Part shown: positions 19,738-29,600 of the stretch, in pieces | How the letters are laid out: each line of letters opens with the position of its first letter | Numbering within the stretch: the stretch's first letter is position 1 | Source of the DNA: a virus | Taxonomy: Duplodnaviria > Caudoviricetes | Length of the DNA stretch: 54,811 bases | IMG/VR virus record: IMGVR_UViG_3300036806_000054 | Location: 1-54,811 of that record | Reading direction: 5' to 3' (one strand) | Position numbers and translations under genes: made by a program | Notes under the pieces: model-generated | The model's input: the letters and a program-made list of their open reading frames with translations, nothing else | Database searches by the model: none | What the model was told of the DNA's origin: nothing

Positions 19738-20614
19738 ATACCTCTCGATCTATTTGCAGTGGCTCGACATTCAAGTAGGAAAACTCAAAATCACAGCGAC
19801 AATTAGAAAGGCAAGCACAGCCTTCGCCGATGTCTGTTATTTCGTCCATACTAACATAATCCTCAGTCGCGAGGCCGGGACAATCATCACACGTCGCGGA
19901 ATCGTTGAGACATACCCTGCGAACCCCAACCGCTCCCGCATCCGATTCTCTAGCCTTTTGGCTATTGGCATAAGTTGAATAAATCGAGTCCGCATACACG
20001 CGCCCTCGCGAACTCATTGATCCCCAGATTAAATCTTCCAAGTTCTGAGAGTCTAATAAGTCTTTTGCGACACGAATCGCAACCTCATCAGCAATGTCAG
20101 TCGAAACAGAATCAGCGAGGGCCTCGTTAACCGCCTCTTTGACTGCCGACGTTCGTTCTGCCGCGTTCGACTTAGTTAATGCTCGCCGGACTTCTCTTTC
20201 AACAACCGCCTCAAGCCCAGAAGGTACTGATGAATCTTTAGCAGCAATGTTCGCGGCCTGCGAGGCTAGTTCTCTCGTTCTCGCAAATCCCTTTTCTGCT
20301 TGAACTTGCCATGCGTCTAAAAAACCTAATTCCCTTTGAACCTTATCATTTATGCGATGCCAGCGATCAAGATTCATTTGAGATTGACCACCATAAGCAA
20401 TCACTCCAACAACGGAATGCCATGATTTGATTTTGTCTCTTAGAAGGGCGAAAAACGCGGCGAGTGTAAGAGTTCCGAGTAGAACCTTTTTCGATTGACG
20501 ATCAACCTCGTCTTTCTCCTCGTCTATAAAAACTTCTATTTGATCGCGGATTTCTTGAGGCGGGACGATACGGCCTTTGTCGATGTATTGACGAGTTTTA
20601 GGATCGAATATCAC
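19730..20614 (-). CDS. Minor head morphogenesis protein (Mu F/SPP1 gp7-like)
   Basis: C-terminal C.DC...C..NCRC motif; follows the portal. Confidence 0.75.
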   Translation of the reverse strand: MIFDPKTRQYIDKGRIVPPQEIRDQIEVFIDEEKDEVDRQSKKVLLGTLTLAAFFALLRDKIKSWHSVVGVIAYGGQSQMNLDRWHRINDKVQRELGFLDAWQVQAEKGFARTRELASQAANIAAKDSSVPSGLEAVVEREVRRALTKSNAAERTSAVKEAVNEALADSVSTDIADEVAIRVAKDLLDSQNLEDLIWGSMSSRGRVYADSIYSTYANSQKARESDAGAVGVRRVCLNDSATCDDCPGLATEDYVSMDEITDIGEGCACLSNCRCDFEFSYLNVEPLQIDREVYA

Positions 20615-22101
20615 TGAACGCCGCTCGCATTAAACATGCTTCCTAATTGTCCCGGCAGTCCGGTAGGGTTCGCGTTCGCGGCCAAGCCGACCGCTTGAGA
20701 CACTCGCGTCATTTCGTTAATCCGCTTCACTTCATCATCAACCGTAACGTCCTCTGCTAAGACCCCGGCAGTTTCAAGCAAATTCAACACGGCAGCTAAG
20801 AAAGTTTCGAGTGACAATTTGCCAGACATAAGCGCAGTCAGCAGAACTTGGAAATGCTGAGGAGTTAAGACTAACGCTTCTTCTGCGATACCTAGCTCAA
20901 TCGAGCCGCCCTTGCCTACTTCACCCGTCAAGTATTCATTGTGAAAGTCAATCGCGAGTTCAATACAGTCCTTCTCCGATCTTGCCATTGTCGCGAGTTC
21001 GGATAACTTCTCGGTAGTATCCTGTCTCTTCTCCGTAGCTGTGATCTGAGTGTCTTGTCGTTGAGTGAGAGTAGAGAGGCCAAGCATTCCCATTCGCTGC
21101 TCAATGTCGAGCAGGTGAGTTCGGCCTGCGGATGTCGCTCCAGCTTCTTTAATTTCCAGCCAGAAAGCATTTCCACCTTCGGGTAAATCCATCGTGCCCG
21201 AAACACTTACAACTTGTTCGGTACTATCCTGCTTCACTCCAACCCGAACTAAAACAGGCACGCGCGTTATATGGAGAATGTTTTCTTGATCTGAGGCATT
21301 TTGATAATGAGAAACATTCAGATGTGCTTGGCCCAACAAGGGTGGCAATGCTCCTAATTTGCCAGCTATCGCAACGGGAATTCTCTTGATTGTTAATTGT
21401 CCGCCGCCTTCGGGAATGATTTGCTGATCTTCTGGCTTAGAGCTGTCGAGTCGATTCAATTCCCATTCAACTACTCCATCAACTTTACGAAATGTTCTGA
21501 ACCTTGTGACTTCCCGCTCACCGTAAAGACCGTCCGGCTCAGTCGTTATCTCTTGGCGTGTTAATTGGGTGAATTCTTGCCGTCCATTAACCCGCTCTAT
21601 GCGCCAATTGATAATTTCGTCGCCTTTGCAAGATACCCAGTAAGGTCTACGGTTTAAGACTTGCTCATCCGCGAGGGTAGAACCTTGAGGCAGTGGCGCT
21701 TCCATTTCCACGAGAATAAATGCGTACCCTTCAAACTGATCGGTGAAATGCCTCTTTGCGAACACATCAATATGGTTCCCGCAAAGATCAACATCTTCTA
21801 GCTGTGTTTGAATCTCAGGAGGAACGTCATCGCCGATAATAATCTCTTTCTTAAACACCATCCCAGAAAGAGCTTCAACTGTCTTTCGATAGGCATCAAA
21901 GAAAACAGAACGATTAAGTCTTAATCTGTAGTCTTTATCAGGTTCACGAGGTTCTTGGGGAAGATACTTACTGCCAGCCTTACGCATTGCATCCGTGCCT
22001 GCATAAACATCACGGACTAGCTGAACGGATGGTTGACACGCAGACCATTCGGCGGATTTGTAGTCTGGGCGATTCTTTTTATCGACTGAGGGATCAGGCA
22101 T
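20611..22101 (-). CDS. Portal protein (DUF4055 family)
   Basis: YAGT.AMR..G..YLP...E....Y..RL..S.F, PPLL..A.LN..HYQ, and TATE motifs. Confidence 0.92.
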   Translation of the reverse strand: MPDPSVDKKNRPDYKSAEWSACQPSVQLVRDVYAGTDAMRKAGSKYLPQEPREPDKDYRLRLNRSVFFDAYRKTVEALSGMVFKKEIIIGDDVPPEIQTQLEDVDLCGNHIDVFAKRHFTDQFEGYAFILVEMEAPLPQGSTLADEQVLNRRPYWVSCKGDEIINWRIERVNGRQEFTQLTRQEITTEPDGLYGEREVTRFRTFRKVDGVVEWELNRLDSSKPEDQQIIPEGGGQLTIKRIPVAIAGKLGALPPLLGQAHLNVSHYQNASDQENILHITRVPVLVRVGVKQDSTEQVVSVSGTMDLPEGGNAFWLEIKEAGATSAGRTHLLDIEQRMGMLGLSTLTQRQDTQITATEKRQDTTEKLSELATMARSEKDCIELAIDFHNEYLTGEVGKGGSIELGIAEEALVLTPQHFQVLLTALMSGKLSLETFLAAVLNLLETAGVLAEDVTVDDEVKRINEMTRVSQAVGLAANANPTGLPGQLGSMFNASGVQ

Positions 22102-22109
22102 CGAACGCG

Positions 22110-22138
22110 AGAATAACCCTATTTAGCTTGTGAGGCAA
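22110..22138 (-). promoter_or_regulatory. Sigma70-like promoter directly upstream of the portal ATG
   Basis: TTGCCT-17-TATTCT, with the ATG 8 nt downstream. Confidence 0.5.
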
Positions 22139-22145
22139 TAGAAAG

Positions 22146-22373
22146 TTACGCACTCAAACTTTCGGCGATCTCCCGGCGGGAGCGTTCCTCGACACGGCTC
22201 ACTAATAGCTGAAGGTCTTCGATCTCGTCAGGTCTTAAGGCAGCCTCGAACGATACTGCGTTCTGTCCTACATAGTGTACGCCCAGCGCTTTGACTTCGC
22301 CGATAATATAATTACGCGACGGGTCGCCCAACCTTGTCACATCACGCCATTCGATATTAATCGCTTGAATCAT
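22146..22373 (-). CDS. Hypothetical protein
   Basis: Coupled to the RHH gene. Confidence 0.6.
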   Translation of the reverse strand: MIQAINIEWRDVTRLGDPSRNYIIGEVKALGVHYVGQNAVSFEAALRPDEIEDLQLLVSRVEERSRREIAESLSA

Positions 22374-22552
22374 TTTCTCTCCTTTGGCTTCAACAGTGGT
22401 GCAAAGTCTTTCTTGGCTGGCTGAGGTTTCCCAAATCGCACAACTAGACTTGTAATCACGTCAGCTTGGGATTTGTCGCGACGCACAGCTTCATCAACAA
22501 TCCATTTCGCGATGTCTGATTCCAGCCGACAGTTAAACTGAACTTTTGCCAT
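22370..22552 (-). CDS. Ribbon-helix-helix DNA-binding protein
   Basis: VQFNCRL beta strand followed by two helices (SQADVI). Confidence 0.7.
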   Translation of the reverse strand: MAKVQFNCRLESDIAKWIVDEAVRRDKSQADVITSLVVRFGKPQPAKKDFAPLLKPKERK

Positions 22553-22585
22553 ACTGGAATGTATAGCACGATTGTATAGCAGAAG

Positions 22586-23911
22586 TCAAAAGGGACGCCC
22601 CGGAGTAAACCGAACTATTGGTTGATTAATTGCCGCCCACCAAGCCAACGCTCTCGCGATAACCGTGTCATCGTGCATTCCCTCCGGTGCTGAATAACCT
22701 GGTCTACCTGTTGCTAGTGAAATCTTTGATTCGTAGGCTACTAACTCGGCCTTGCCAACCGGATCATTAAGCCACTTCGCTTCGTTGCGCTCAAAACATA
22801 ATGCTAAAGATTGAATCAATGGAGGCTTGGTTGCTGCCGTGGTTGTAAATGGATGAATGTTCAACTTCTCTTTGATCAGTGCTTCAATGTTTGGCGAGCC
22901 GATAGAGTTTTCTTCGGCCAGCCCATAACCTACATTCCATCTCTGATAGCCTGCTTTTAATCTGCCGCGCTGAAAATCCCATTGGATTTTATTAAACCGA
23001 TCCAGTTCTAGTTCGACTTTGCAAGTCACACAAAAGCTACAGATCGCCGTAAAGTCTACCTTTTGCGCCCAATCAATTCCTTGAACAATCTTATGGCCCT
23101 TATGAGCCTCGACATCACCTTTCGGAGCGGTCAGGTTTGGTTCGATATTGCGAAACACGGCACCTTCAGATTGTAGAAATTCTGCTAGATATTCTTGCCT
23201 GAAAGTTAGATCAGGTAACTCTAATCTAGCTTTCTCAACTTCACTTGCTAAAATAAACGGGTTGGAAGTAGTCGGAAATCGCCACGAAGCCCAGTCTTCC
23301 ATTAGCGGGTCTTGCCCATAGTCAAACCCTTGCTTAAAGAAATTCATTCCCCGTGGAGTTGAAAGCCAATAGGCATCGCCTTCATAATCAGTCAGTGTTG
23401 GCCTAATTGCTGCTTGCCATGCTTCTTGAAAGTTTGGCACCATTGCAGCTTCGTCAACAATAACCCTCTTATACTTCCTACCTCGCGAACTATCAGGCGA
23501 GTCCAACGACCACATATCAATAGAGCCTTTATTCAGTTCTAATCTATGCTGCTGGACGTTTACATTTGTAATTGCAGGGTGAAGCATCTGCCGCGCATCT
23601 CTCCAAACCTCGGCCAACATTTTATAAGTAGGGGAAAACCAAGCAACAGGCCAACCTTCATTCGCTAAACTAGCAAGCTCAATTCCGATTAAAGTCTTCC
23701 CAAAACGTCGCCCGCAGGCTAAGACGTTAAACCTCTTGGCTTCGTTGACGATTATTTGCTGTGATGGGTGGGGAGTTGGAAGAGTAAGATTAGTTGACTG
23801 CTTCGCTCTCAGCCGATCCCGAAGTATCAGCTTCGCGTCCGGCGGCAAGGATCGCCAATTCCCGCTCAATATCGGAGTCAAGTTGCTTGACATCGATCTG
23901 AATCTTATCAC
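22586..23911 (-). CDS. terL: Terminase large subunit
   Basis: Walker A CGRRFGKT, Walker B IVDEAA, STP.G, GIDWA, HDDTVIA. The true start may be MSSNL at 23893. Confidence 0.97.
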   Translation of the reverse strand: MIRFRSMSSNLTPILSGNWRSLPPDAKLILRDRLRAKQSTNLTLPTPHPSQQIIVNEAKRFNVLACGRRFGKTLIGIELASLANEGWPVAWFSPTYKMLAEVWRDARQMLHPAITNVNVQQHRLELNKGSIDMWSLDSPDSSRGRKYKRVIVDEAAMVPNFQEAWQAAIRPTLTDYEGDAYWLSTPRGMNFFKQGFDYGQDPLMEDWASWRFPTTSNPFILASEVEKARLELPDLTFRQEYLAEFLQSEGAVFRNIEPNLTAPKGDVEAHKGHKIVQGIDWAQKVDFTAICSFCVTCKVELELDRFNKIQWDFQRGRLKAGYQRWNVGYGLAEENSIGSPNIEALIKEKLNIHPFTTTAATKPPLIQSLALCFERNEAKWLNDPVGKAELVAYESKISLATGRPGYSAPEGMHDDTVIARALAWWAAINQPIVRFTPGRPF

Positions 23912-24239
23912 GATACTCAGACTTGCGGGCTTTTAACGTAAACATTAGAAGCGCGTCAGAGAACTTGCGAATATGGCCGCATACTTCACCTTGATAAAAG
24001 ACTGGTTCTTCAACCCCGTGATATGCGCGGCGGCGAGCTTCGTTCTCTAAATCCTCAGTAGCTAACTCGACTACTCGATCCCACGCAGCAGCAAAAATTG
24101 AATGACGTTTACGCCATGCATAGACCGAAGGCTTAGAGACCTTTACAGTCTCGCAAGCCTTACCAACGAATCCGCCATTGTCTCGCAATTCTCTGAGAAA
24201 TAGGCGAACTTTCCGACCCTTATTGAATCTCGTTAACAT
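23790..24239 (-). CDS. terS: Terminase small subunit
   Basis: HTH followed by EARRRA..G and KFSDALLMF.LKA; directly upstream of terL. Confidence 0.85.
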   Translation of the reverse strand: MLTRFNKGRKVRLFLRELRDNGGFVGKACETVKVSKPSVYAWRKRHSIFAAAWDRVVELATEDLENEARRRAYHGVEEPVFYQGEVCGHIRKFSDALLMFTLKARKSEYRDKIQIDVKQLDSDIERELAILAAGREADTSGSAESEAVN

Positions 24240-24340
24240 TGTAAGAAATCAGGTAATTCCATTTCACTTCCAACCCTATCTTAAAAGTAGAAAATACTCA
24301 ACTTCTTTTTGATATTGCGTGTTCAAACTCTCGATTTGTT

Positions 24341-24660
24341 TCAAAATGGCGCGCCATTTATCGGCGCACTTGACCCTTGCTTCGTTCCGCGCTTAATTAC
24401 CCCTTGCTTGAAGTTAGACCGCACAACAGCAACAGTTCGGCGCGTAGCCGATCCTTTGCACTTTGGCAGCTTGTTGATGGTTTTCAGCGGCCATGTCTTA
24501 ACATTAGCGTTGCGAATCCGAATGATTTGAAATCCTTTGCTTTCAAGATATTTCGTGCGCCGAGCGTCATAGGCTAATTGATCGAGCTGATAGTGATGTG
24601 CTCCGTCTAGTTCAATTATCAACATTCGGTTTGGAATTAAGAAATCAACGATGTACGGCG
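24341..24660 (-). pseudogene. N-terminally truncated DUF559/Vsr-like endonuclease
   Basis: YIVDFLIPNRMLIIELDG.HH...YD..RT..LE..G..IIR is present, but the frame closes upstream and the usual N-terminal helix is absent. Confidence 0.6.
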
Positions 24661-24770
24661 GTTGGTGACGGTCATTTGTAACTTTCCGTAACGCAAAATA
24701 GTTCTTGACAAGCTTTTCTGGCTAGAGGCTAAAAAGTGCCGCATTTTCCTGACGTTTCCAAAGGTAACAC

Positions 24771-25202
24771 TTAAGTGCGGAAACTGGCGGTCTTTGTGTT
24801 ATGCCTTTCTATCGGGAGTGAGAGCGCATCAATTTCACCTTGCGGATCGTGGCCATTCACAAGCGCTCTGCCAACTGCCGCTCGCGCGTCCCGTTTTGCC
24901 AGCTCATATCCTTCACGAAACAAGTCTGAGCCAGTAAGGACTGACTCAATGATAGCTGCTATTTCTGCTTGTTGCTCTTTGAAATCGCAGACCGGGCTTG
25001 GCGGACAAATCTTCTCAGCCGCTTCTCTGCATAGGTGTTTGATGTCAGGCGGTTCTGTTCGCAGTTGGCGATCGTAATACTCGTTGATGGCAATCGGAAC
25101 GGTGTTCATCCATTCATGCGTTTTAGTGCTCAGGTTGTCGTAATGCTCAAGCGCTGCGCGCCTCAAATCTTCTATCGGTGTTTGTGCTGCGTGGTCACTC
25201 AT
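24771..25202 (-). CDS. Hypothetical protein
   Basis: Part of a tightly coupled leftward operon. Confidence 0.65.
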   Translation of the reverse strand: MSDHAAQTPIEDLRRAALEHYDNLSTKTHEWMNTVPIAINEYYDRQLRTEPPDIKHLCREAAEKICPPSPVCDFKEQQAEIAAIIESVLTGSDLFREGYELAKRDARAAVGRALVNGHDPQGEIDALSLPIERHNTKTASFRT

Positions 25203-25438
25203 TGGGTATCGTGCTCCTCAACTCTTTCGCCGAATTGATTTCTTTGGTTCACTTCCTCAAGTTGCCCGAACCAGACATCTTCCCATCCGCGATAGAACTT
25301 GCGATCATTCTCACGCCATTCTTCAGTCATGCGTGACATGCTGCGCTCAAAAGTCAGCTGAAAAATTGCCCACGTCGCTGCGGCAGTTGCAAGTGTTGCC
25401 CAGATAACCAAAACCACTATCGTAAACTTTTCAGCCAT
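25199..25438 (-). CDS. Hypothetical membrane protein
   Basis: N-terminal TM helix; coupled stop/start. Confidence 0.65.
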   Translation of the reverse strand: MAEKFTIVVLVIWATLATAAATWAIFQLTFERSMSRMTEEWRENDRKFYRGWEDVWFGQLEEVNQRNQFGERVEEHDTQ

Positions 25439-26013
25439 TACCCTTCTCCTAACTCAGCTAGAATTTCATTTGCTGCTCGCGCCTTACAGCCACAGCGAGC
25501 CATGTTTTCTTTTGAGCCCAACCTAGATCGATGATGCCACTCATCTCGTTTTCGCTTCACAACTTCTACTGCTCTATTAGCAGCAGAGCGGAGCGTAACA
25601 ACTTGAGTCAGAAGGTTTTCTTTTCTGCGAATCAGCCCAAGAATGCCATTTACGAGTTCAGTTGTTGAATACAGCGGATCATCATCTTCAGTTGGATCGT
25701 TTAATACCGAAGAAGCGAGGGCACGCTGAATCTCAAGACGCTCTGCTTGCAATCCCTCAATCTCTCCTGCTTGTTCAGTGACAAGAGCATCGAAGCGGCG
25801 AAGATCGTTAAGTAAATCATTAACGGTGAGTTCGTATGCGCGCTCAACATCTCCTGCGCCTTCGATCATTGCTTTAATGTCTACCTGCAGGCGATCCACT
25901 TTCGCTCTTACTTCTGCTCGCCACTGTTGCTTCGAGACCATTACAGGTTCAAGTTCTGAGGCGATGAGCGATGCGACCGTTAAGCCTTTCCGAATTAAGA
26001 CGCACATCAGCAT
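25438..26013 (-). CDS. Coiled-coil hypothetical protein
   Basis: Coupled ORF; start uncertain. Confidence 0.6.
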   Translation of the reverse strand: MLMCVLIRKGLTVASLIASELEPVMVSKQQWRAEVRAKVDRLQVDIKAMIEGAGDVERAYELTVNDLLNDLRRFDALVTEQAGEIEGLQAERLEIQRALASSVLNDPTEDDDPLYSTTELVNGILGLIRRKENLLTQVVTLRSAANRAVEVVKRKRDEWHHRSRLGSKENMARCGCKARAANEILAELGEG

Positions 26014-26063
26014 CGAAGCCTACGGCATCTGCAACCTTCTCTGCTATGCGGTATGCGATTGAG

Positions 26064-26270
26064 TTAGTAGAGTTCTTGGGCATACATTTCCTTCTTGACT
26101 TCTTCCATCATCACCATGTCGTGGGCATCGTGTGCCGCGTTCCAATCACACACCATTGGTGCAGCCTCCTCTGCTGAAAACTCGCCGCAAAAGCGAAGCG
26201 GTAGACACCAACCACTGAAAACCGCAATGATGCGATATTTCTTGGGCGTTGCCTCATGGATTTCAGCCAT
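26064..26270 (-). CDS. Hypothetical protein
   Basis: SD-like GAGAGG and operon context. Confidence 0.6.
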   Translation of the reverse strand: MAEIHEATPKKYRIIAVFSGWCLPLRFCGEFSAEEAAPMVCDWNAAHDAHDMVMMEEVKKEMYAQELY

Positions 26271-26271
26271 C

Positions 26272-26505
26272 CTACCTCTCTCCTTTCACCGCAGCCGCAC
26301 GAATCGCGGCGGCGATTTCAGCGCCGCCTGTCATTTCCATGTGAATGTCAGCAGCGAACGATTCAACGATCTGCGCGTCCGCTTCTCTCTGCTCATCCCG
26401 TACTGCTTCTCCATAGGCGAGGATGGCGGCAACCAGCGAACGCTTATGATCTTCACTGATTCCATAGTCAGGAAAGTCTGCGACGATCTTCTCTGCTTCA
26501 TTCAT
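26272..26505 (-). CDS. Hypothetical protein (IAAAIRA-tail phage family)
   Basis: EQREADAQI...IAAAIRA motif common in phage early proteins. Confidence 0.65.
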   Translation of the reverse strand: MNEAEKIVADFPDYGISEDHKRSLVAAILAYGEAVRDEQREADAQIVESFAADIHMEMTGGAEIAAAIRAAAVKGER

Positions 26506-26515
26506 GATTTACCTT

Positions 26516-26791
26516 TCACAACATGCTCTCAAAGACGTGCCACACGGGCGGCATATTTGGCCTCTGGGCGGTGGCGATAAACTTTCTGTGAACACCCATA
26601 TCGACCCACATTGGATTGCCTGTGCCAAAGATTTCAATAACGCGCTCTCGGATCGGCCTGTCAGTATCAACGACTGCCCATAGACATAAATCCTCACCTT
26701 GGAATTGTGCGGTAAGGATTTCCGCGTCTTCAGGCATTTTTACTCGTTGCGCGTCCGTGATTTCAAGTCGATACTTGTAAATAGTTTGCAC
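26516..26791 (-). CDS. Conserved phage hypothetical protein
   Basis: TIYKY...MP..AEIL..Q.Q...CLWA.VD...GTG...VWHVFE, a widespread phage family. Confidence 0.8.
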   Translation of the reverse strand: MQTIYKYRLEITDAQRVKMPEDAEILTAQFQGEDLCLWAVVDTDRPIRERVIEIFGTGNPMWVDMGVHRKFIATAQRPNMPPVWHVFESML

Positions 26792-26795
26792 GGGC

Positions 26796-27113
26796 TTACC
26801 CCTTACCTTTCACTGATGCTAAAGCCTTGCGAGCGATTTCCACGCTTCCCGGCTCATCGAACGACGAATAACTACCTGTCTGCTCAAGATGCTTGCTTGC
26901 GCCCTCATCGTTGAACGCCGCAATCTGCTTCAGTGCTGATACTGCTTCATCAAAGTTGTTTAGTCGTTCCGCGATCAGTCGCGTTAGTTCTGCCTCTTGC
27001 GCGCCTGAAAACGCTGGAATTGGCATCATGCTTGGATCGCGCCATTTCTCAACGTCATGCCAGTCGGCGATAACTTGTTGCGCGATTTCTTGCGGTGTTG
27101 CTTTATCTGTCAT
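26796..27113 (-). CDS. Hypothetical protein
   Basis: Coupled ORF with IARKAL tail. Confidence 0.65.
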   Translation of the reverse strand: MTDKATPQEIAQQVIADWHDVEKWRDPSMMPIPAFSGAQEAELTRLIAERLNNFDEAVSALKQIAAFNDEGASKHLEQTGSYSSFDEPGSVEIARKALASVKGKG

Positions 27114-27346
27114 GATGATTGCCTTTCCTCTTTAGCAATCTGAAACTTCTGATTTGTCGGCGAAAACACGCGGACGCGAGCGCCTATCACGGCAACAATA
27201 ATCACCGCCTTCTTGCGTTGAAATCCAACCATCCACCAAGTATCAGTAACCTGCCAGATTTGCTTCCATCCTGCACGGACAAGCCTCTCGGCAAGCTCTT
27301 CTAATCTCTCAAACTCATCTTTTCGTTTCAGGCGGCTCACTTTCAT
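27110..27346 (-). CDS. Hypothetical protein
   Basis: Strong SD GGAGGTG. Confidence 0.65.
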   Translation of the reverse strand: MKVSRLKRKDEFERLEELAERLVRAGWKQIWQVTDTWWMVGFQRKKAVIIVAVIGARVRVFSPTNQKFQIAKEERQSS

Positions 27347-27535
27347 TTCACCTCCAAAAGTTTCTTAGCCTTCTCAGTCAACACCGCCCGCCCCGGACTC
27401 ACTTCCTCAATTAATCCTGCATCAATTGAAATCAGTAAAGACTATTACTCTTGAGGTAGTAGGTGGCGCGGAGTGGGGGTTTGCAAACAACAGAGAGCCG
27501 ATCTCGCCGTCGATCATCAAGTCATTTCGATCACC

Positions 27536-27739
27536 TTACCTCTTCTTGCTGCCTTTGCCGTTCAACTTTGGCCGATTCCGCGTACTGTCAATAAACGCTT
27601 GGAGCTTGTCGTCCTGCTTCACCGCGCGGCGTCCAATCACCTCGGTTTCGGTTAGGCGTTTATCGGTTAAAGCAATAGATACGGCCTGAGATGTTACGCC
27701 CGCCAACTTCGCCGCTTCTGTTACTGACAAGGGTTTCAT
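27536..27739 (-). CDS. Cro-like HTH regulator
   Basis: LSVTEAAKLAGVTSQAVS HTH; first gene of the leftward transcript. Confidence 0.8.
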   Translation of the reverse strand: MKPLSVTEAAKLAGVTSQAVSIALTDKRLTETEVIGRRAVKQDDKLQAFIDSTRNRPKLNGKGSKKR

Positions 27740-27747
27740 GATTTCGG

Positions 27748-27872
27748 ATTGTAAGCGCGCTGCTTACCTAAAGTCAAGAACATTCTCAGCTACGCTGTTT
27801 TACCTGCGTAAACGCCAAAGGGTCGCTCCTCTAACATTTTTGCTTGACTTCCGTAAGCGATAGGTTTACAGT
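27748..27872. promoter_or_regulatory. Divergent promoters, each overlapped by a GTAAGC-N5-G(C/T)TTAC operator
   Basis: Minus strand: TTGACT(27772-77)-18-TACAAT(27748-53). Plus strand: TTGACT(27844-49)-17-TACAGT(27867-72). Operators at 27751-67 and 27853-69. Confidence 0.8.
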
Positions 27873-27878
27873 TACATC

Positions 27879-28118
27879 GTGTTTGAGATCGATAAAGACA
27901 TTCCGTGTATCCCGCGCAATACTCGAACCTCGTCGTTTACTATCGAGGTACGCGAGACGCTAATGAAGATGGAGATAGGTGATAGCTTTGCTTACCAAGA
28001 TGCGACACCAAGCATGGCGCTTAATAGAACCATCCGTTCCGTTGCGCGATCCATGAATATCGGTATTACGGTGCGCTCAATAAGTGAAAAGAGATTCAGA
28101 GTATGGAAACTCAGTTAA
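27879..28118 (+). CDS. Small putative DNA-binding protein (leaderless)
   Basis: IDKDIP...MEIGDSF...RVW pattern; GTG lies 6 nt after the -10 box. Confidence 0.7.
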   Translation: MFEIDKDIPCIPRNTRTSSFTIEVRETLMKMEIGDSFAYQDATPSMALNRTIRSVARSMNIGITVRSISEKRFRVWKLS

Positions 28119-29197
28119 TCACATTAGAGCGCGGGATTCCGATTCCGCCACGCTACCCGAAGCGCAAAGCTGCGGGACCGTGTCCTTCCTGTGCTCGAAT
28201 GCCGCGCTCCGGTCTGACATATTGCGATCACCATCTTGCGAAGCAGCGAGAATGGGCACGAGCGCGAATACTCAAAGGGCTGTGCGTCGCTGGTAGTTGT
28301 AAGAATAGTCCGGCTAAGGGGCGCACTCAATGCCGAGAGCATCTGCGCTCAATGGTGATATACAGCCAATCTTTACGTCATCGCAGAACATCAAGACGAC
28401 TTTGCATTCAGTGTGGTAAACGTCCAGCATGGTGGACACTCTTTTGTGTTATCTGTCGAACCGGCAATGACCATCATTACAAGTTCATCCTTCCTTCTGG
28501 TGCGCGCAAAGCGCTCCAAAAGCACCGTCACCATGAAAGAATAGATGCCCGTCGCCAACAAGCGGAAATCGCGGTTGAATGGACGGATAATCCTCGCATA
28601 GCCAAGATTTTCTCAATGCGACACGGACTAGAAGACGGCTCGGATCGCACACTTGAGGAAATCGGTGCGGTATTTTCCGTCACTCGCGAACGAATCCGAC
28701 AGATTGAGGATAAGCATTTAACATGGCTCGCTAGCGAGGGGTTCGACCTTCCGCTATTGCGCCCACCTTTTGAAGCCGCCGAACGCCAACCATTAAAGAC
28801 CAGGACATATCTGGTAAGCGACGGGCAGCGAAAGAAGGCTCATTGCCACGTTCTCGTTAAAGAAGCATTAGAGCAAGGGACTCTCATAAAAGGTTTATGC
28901 GGGACTTGTCAGGCTGTGGACGTAGTTGGTCATCATAACGACTACGACAAGCCTTTAGAGGTAGAGTGGCTATGTCGCAAACACCATATGGATGCCCATC
29001 GAGGGTTCTGGCTAGACAAGTTTGACTCGTCATCACTTTTAGTAAGCGCGTTACGGCGTTTGAAGCCGCGCCAAGAGGACGTATTAGCCGCGACTGGCAT
29101 TAGTTCAACGACGCTTCTAAAGATATTACGTGGTGATACAAGCGTAAAACGTCAGTACGTGTTAGCTGTTGAGAGGTATGCTAACCACAAATCCTGA
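28103..29197 (+). CDS. Multi-domain regulator: Cys/His zinc fingers + sigma70 region 4 + HNH-like + HTH
   Basis: [21 protein letters not shown] (sigma r4); [20 protein letters not shown]; C-terminal [20 protein letters not shown]. Confidence 0.8.
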   Translation: METQLITLERGIPIPPRYPKRKAAGPCPSCARMPRSGLTYCDHHLAKQREWARARILKGLCVAGSCKNSPAKGRTQCREHLRSMVIYSQSLRHRRTSRRLCIQCGKRPAWWTLFCVICRTGNDHHYKFILPSGARKALQKHRHHERIDARRQQAEIAVEWTDNPRIAKIFSMRHGLEDGSDRTLEEIGAVFSVTRERIRQIEDKHLTWLASEGFDLPLLRPPFEAAERQPLKTRTYLVSDGQRKKAHCHVLVKEALEQGTLIKGLCGTCQAVDVVGHHNDYDKPLEVEWLCRKHHMDAHRGFWLDKFDSSSLLVSALRRLKPRQEDVLAATGISSTTLLKILRGDTSVKRQYVLAVERYANHKS

Positions 29198-29267
29198 TCT
29201 ATTCAGAGTAGGCCACAGACGGAGCGAAACAAAATCTTGTAAGTTTTGAATCGCAGAAGGAGAGAAG

Positions 29268-29600
29268 ATGAACCAAAGAATCAAGAAATTGTGGGTCAAG
29301 GCGTTGCGAAGCGGAAAGTTCAGCCAAGTCACGGGGAAGTTGCGCAAAAGGGACGGGCACGAGGTTGGTTATTGCTGTCTCGGCGTTTTGGAATCGCTTT
29401 GCATTCAGGAAATAGGCGGTAAATTCAAGGGCGGCTTGCATCCCAATCAAAACCTGCTTTCAGCAAAGACAATGGAGTGGGCTGGGCTAAACACGAACGA
29501 TCCCGTGTTAATGCCCAGAAAGCACCTAACAGCGTCCGAATTAAACGATGACGGTAATTCATTCGCCTCCATCGCAGATCGAATCGAGAAATATCTATGA
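29268..29600 (+). CDS. Conserved phage hypothetical protein
   Basis: W..ALRSG...Q....L....YCCLGVL...LND.G.SF..IAD.IE family pattern. Confidence 0.8.
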   Translation: MNQRIKKLWVKALRSGKFSQVTGKLRKRDGHEVGYCCLGVLESLCIQEIGGKFKGGLHPNQNLLSAKTMEWAGLNTNDPVLMPRKHLTASELNDDGNSFASIADRIEKYL

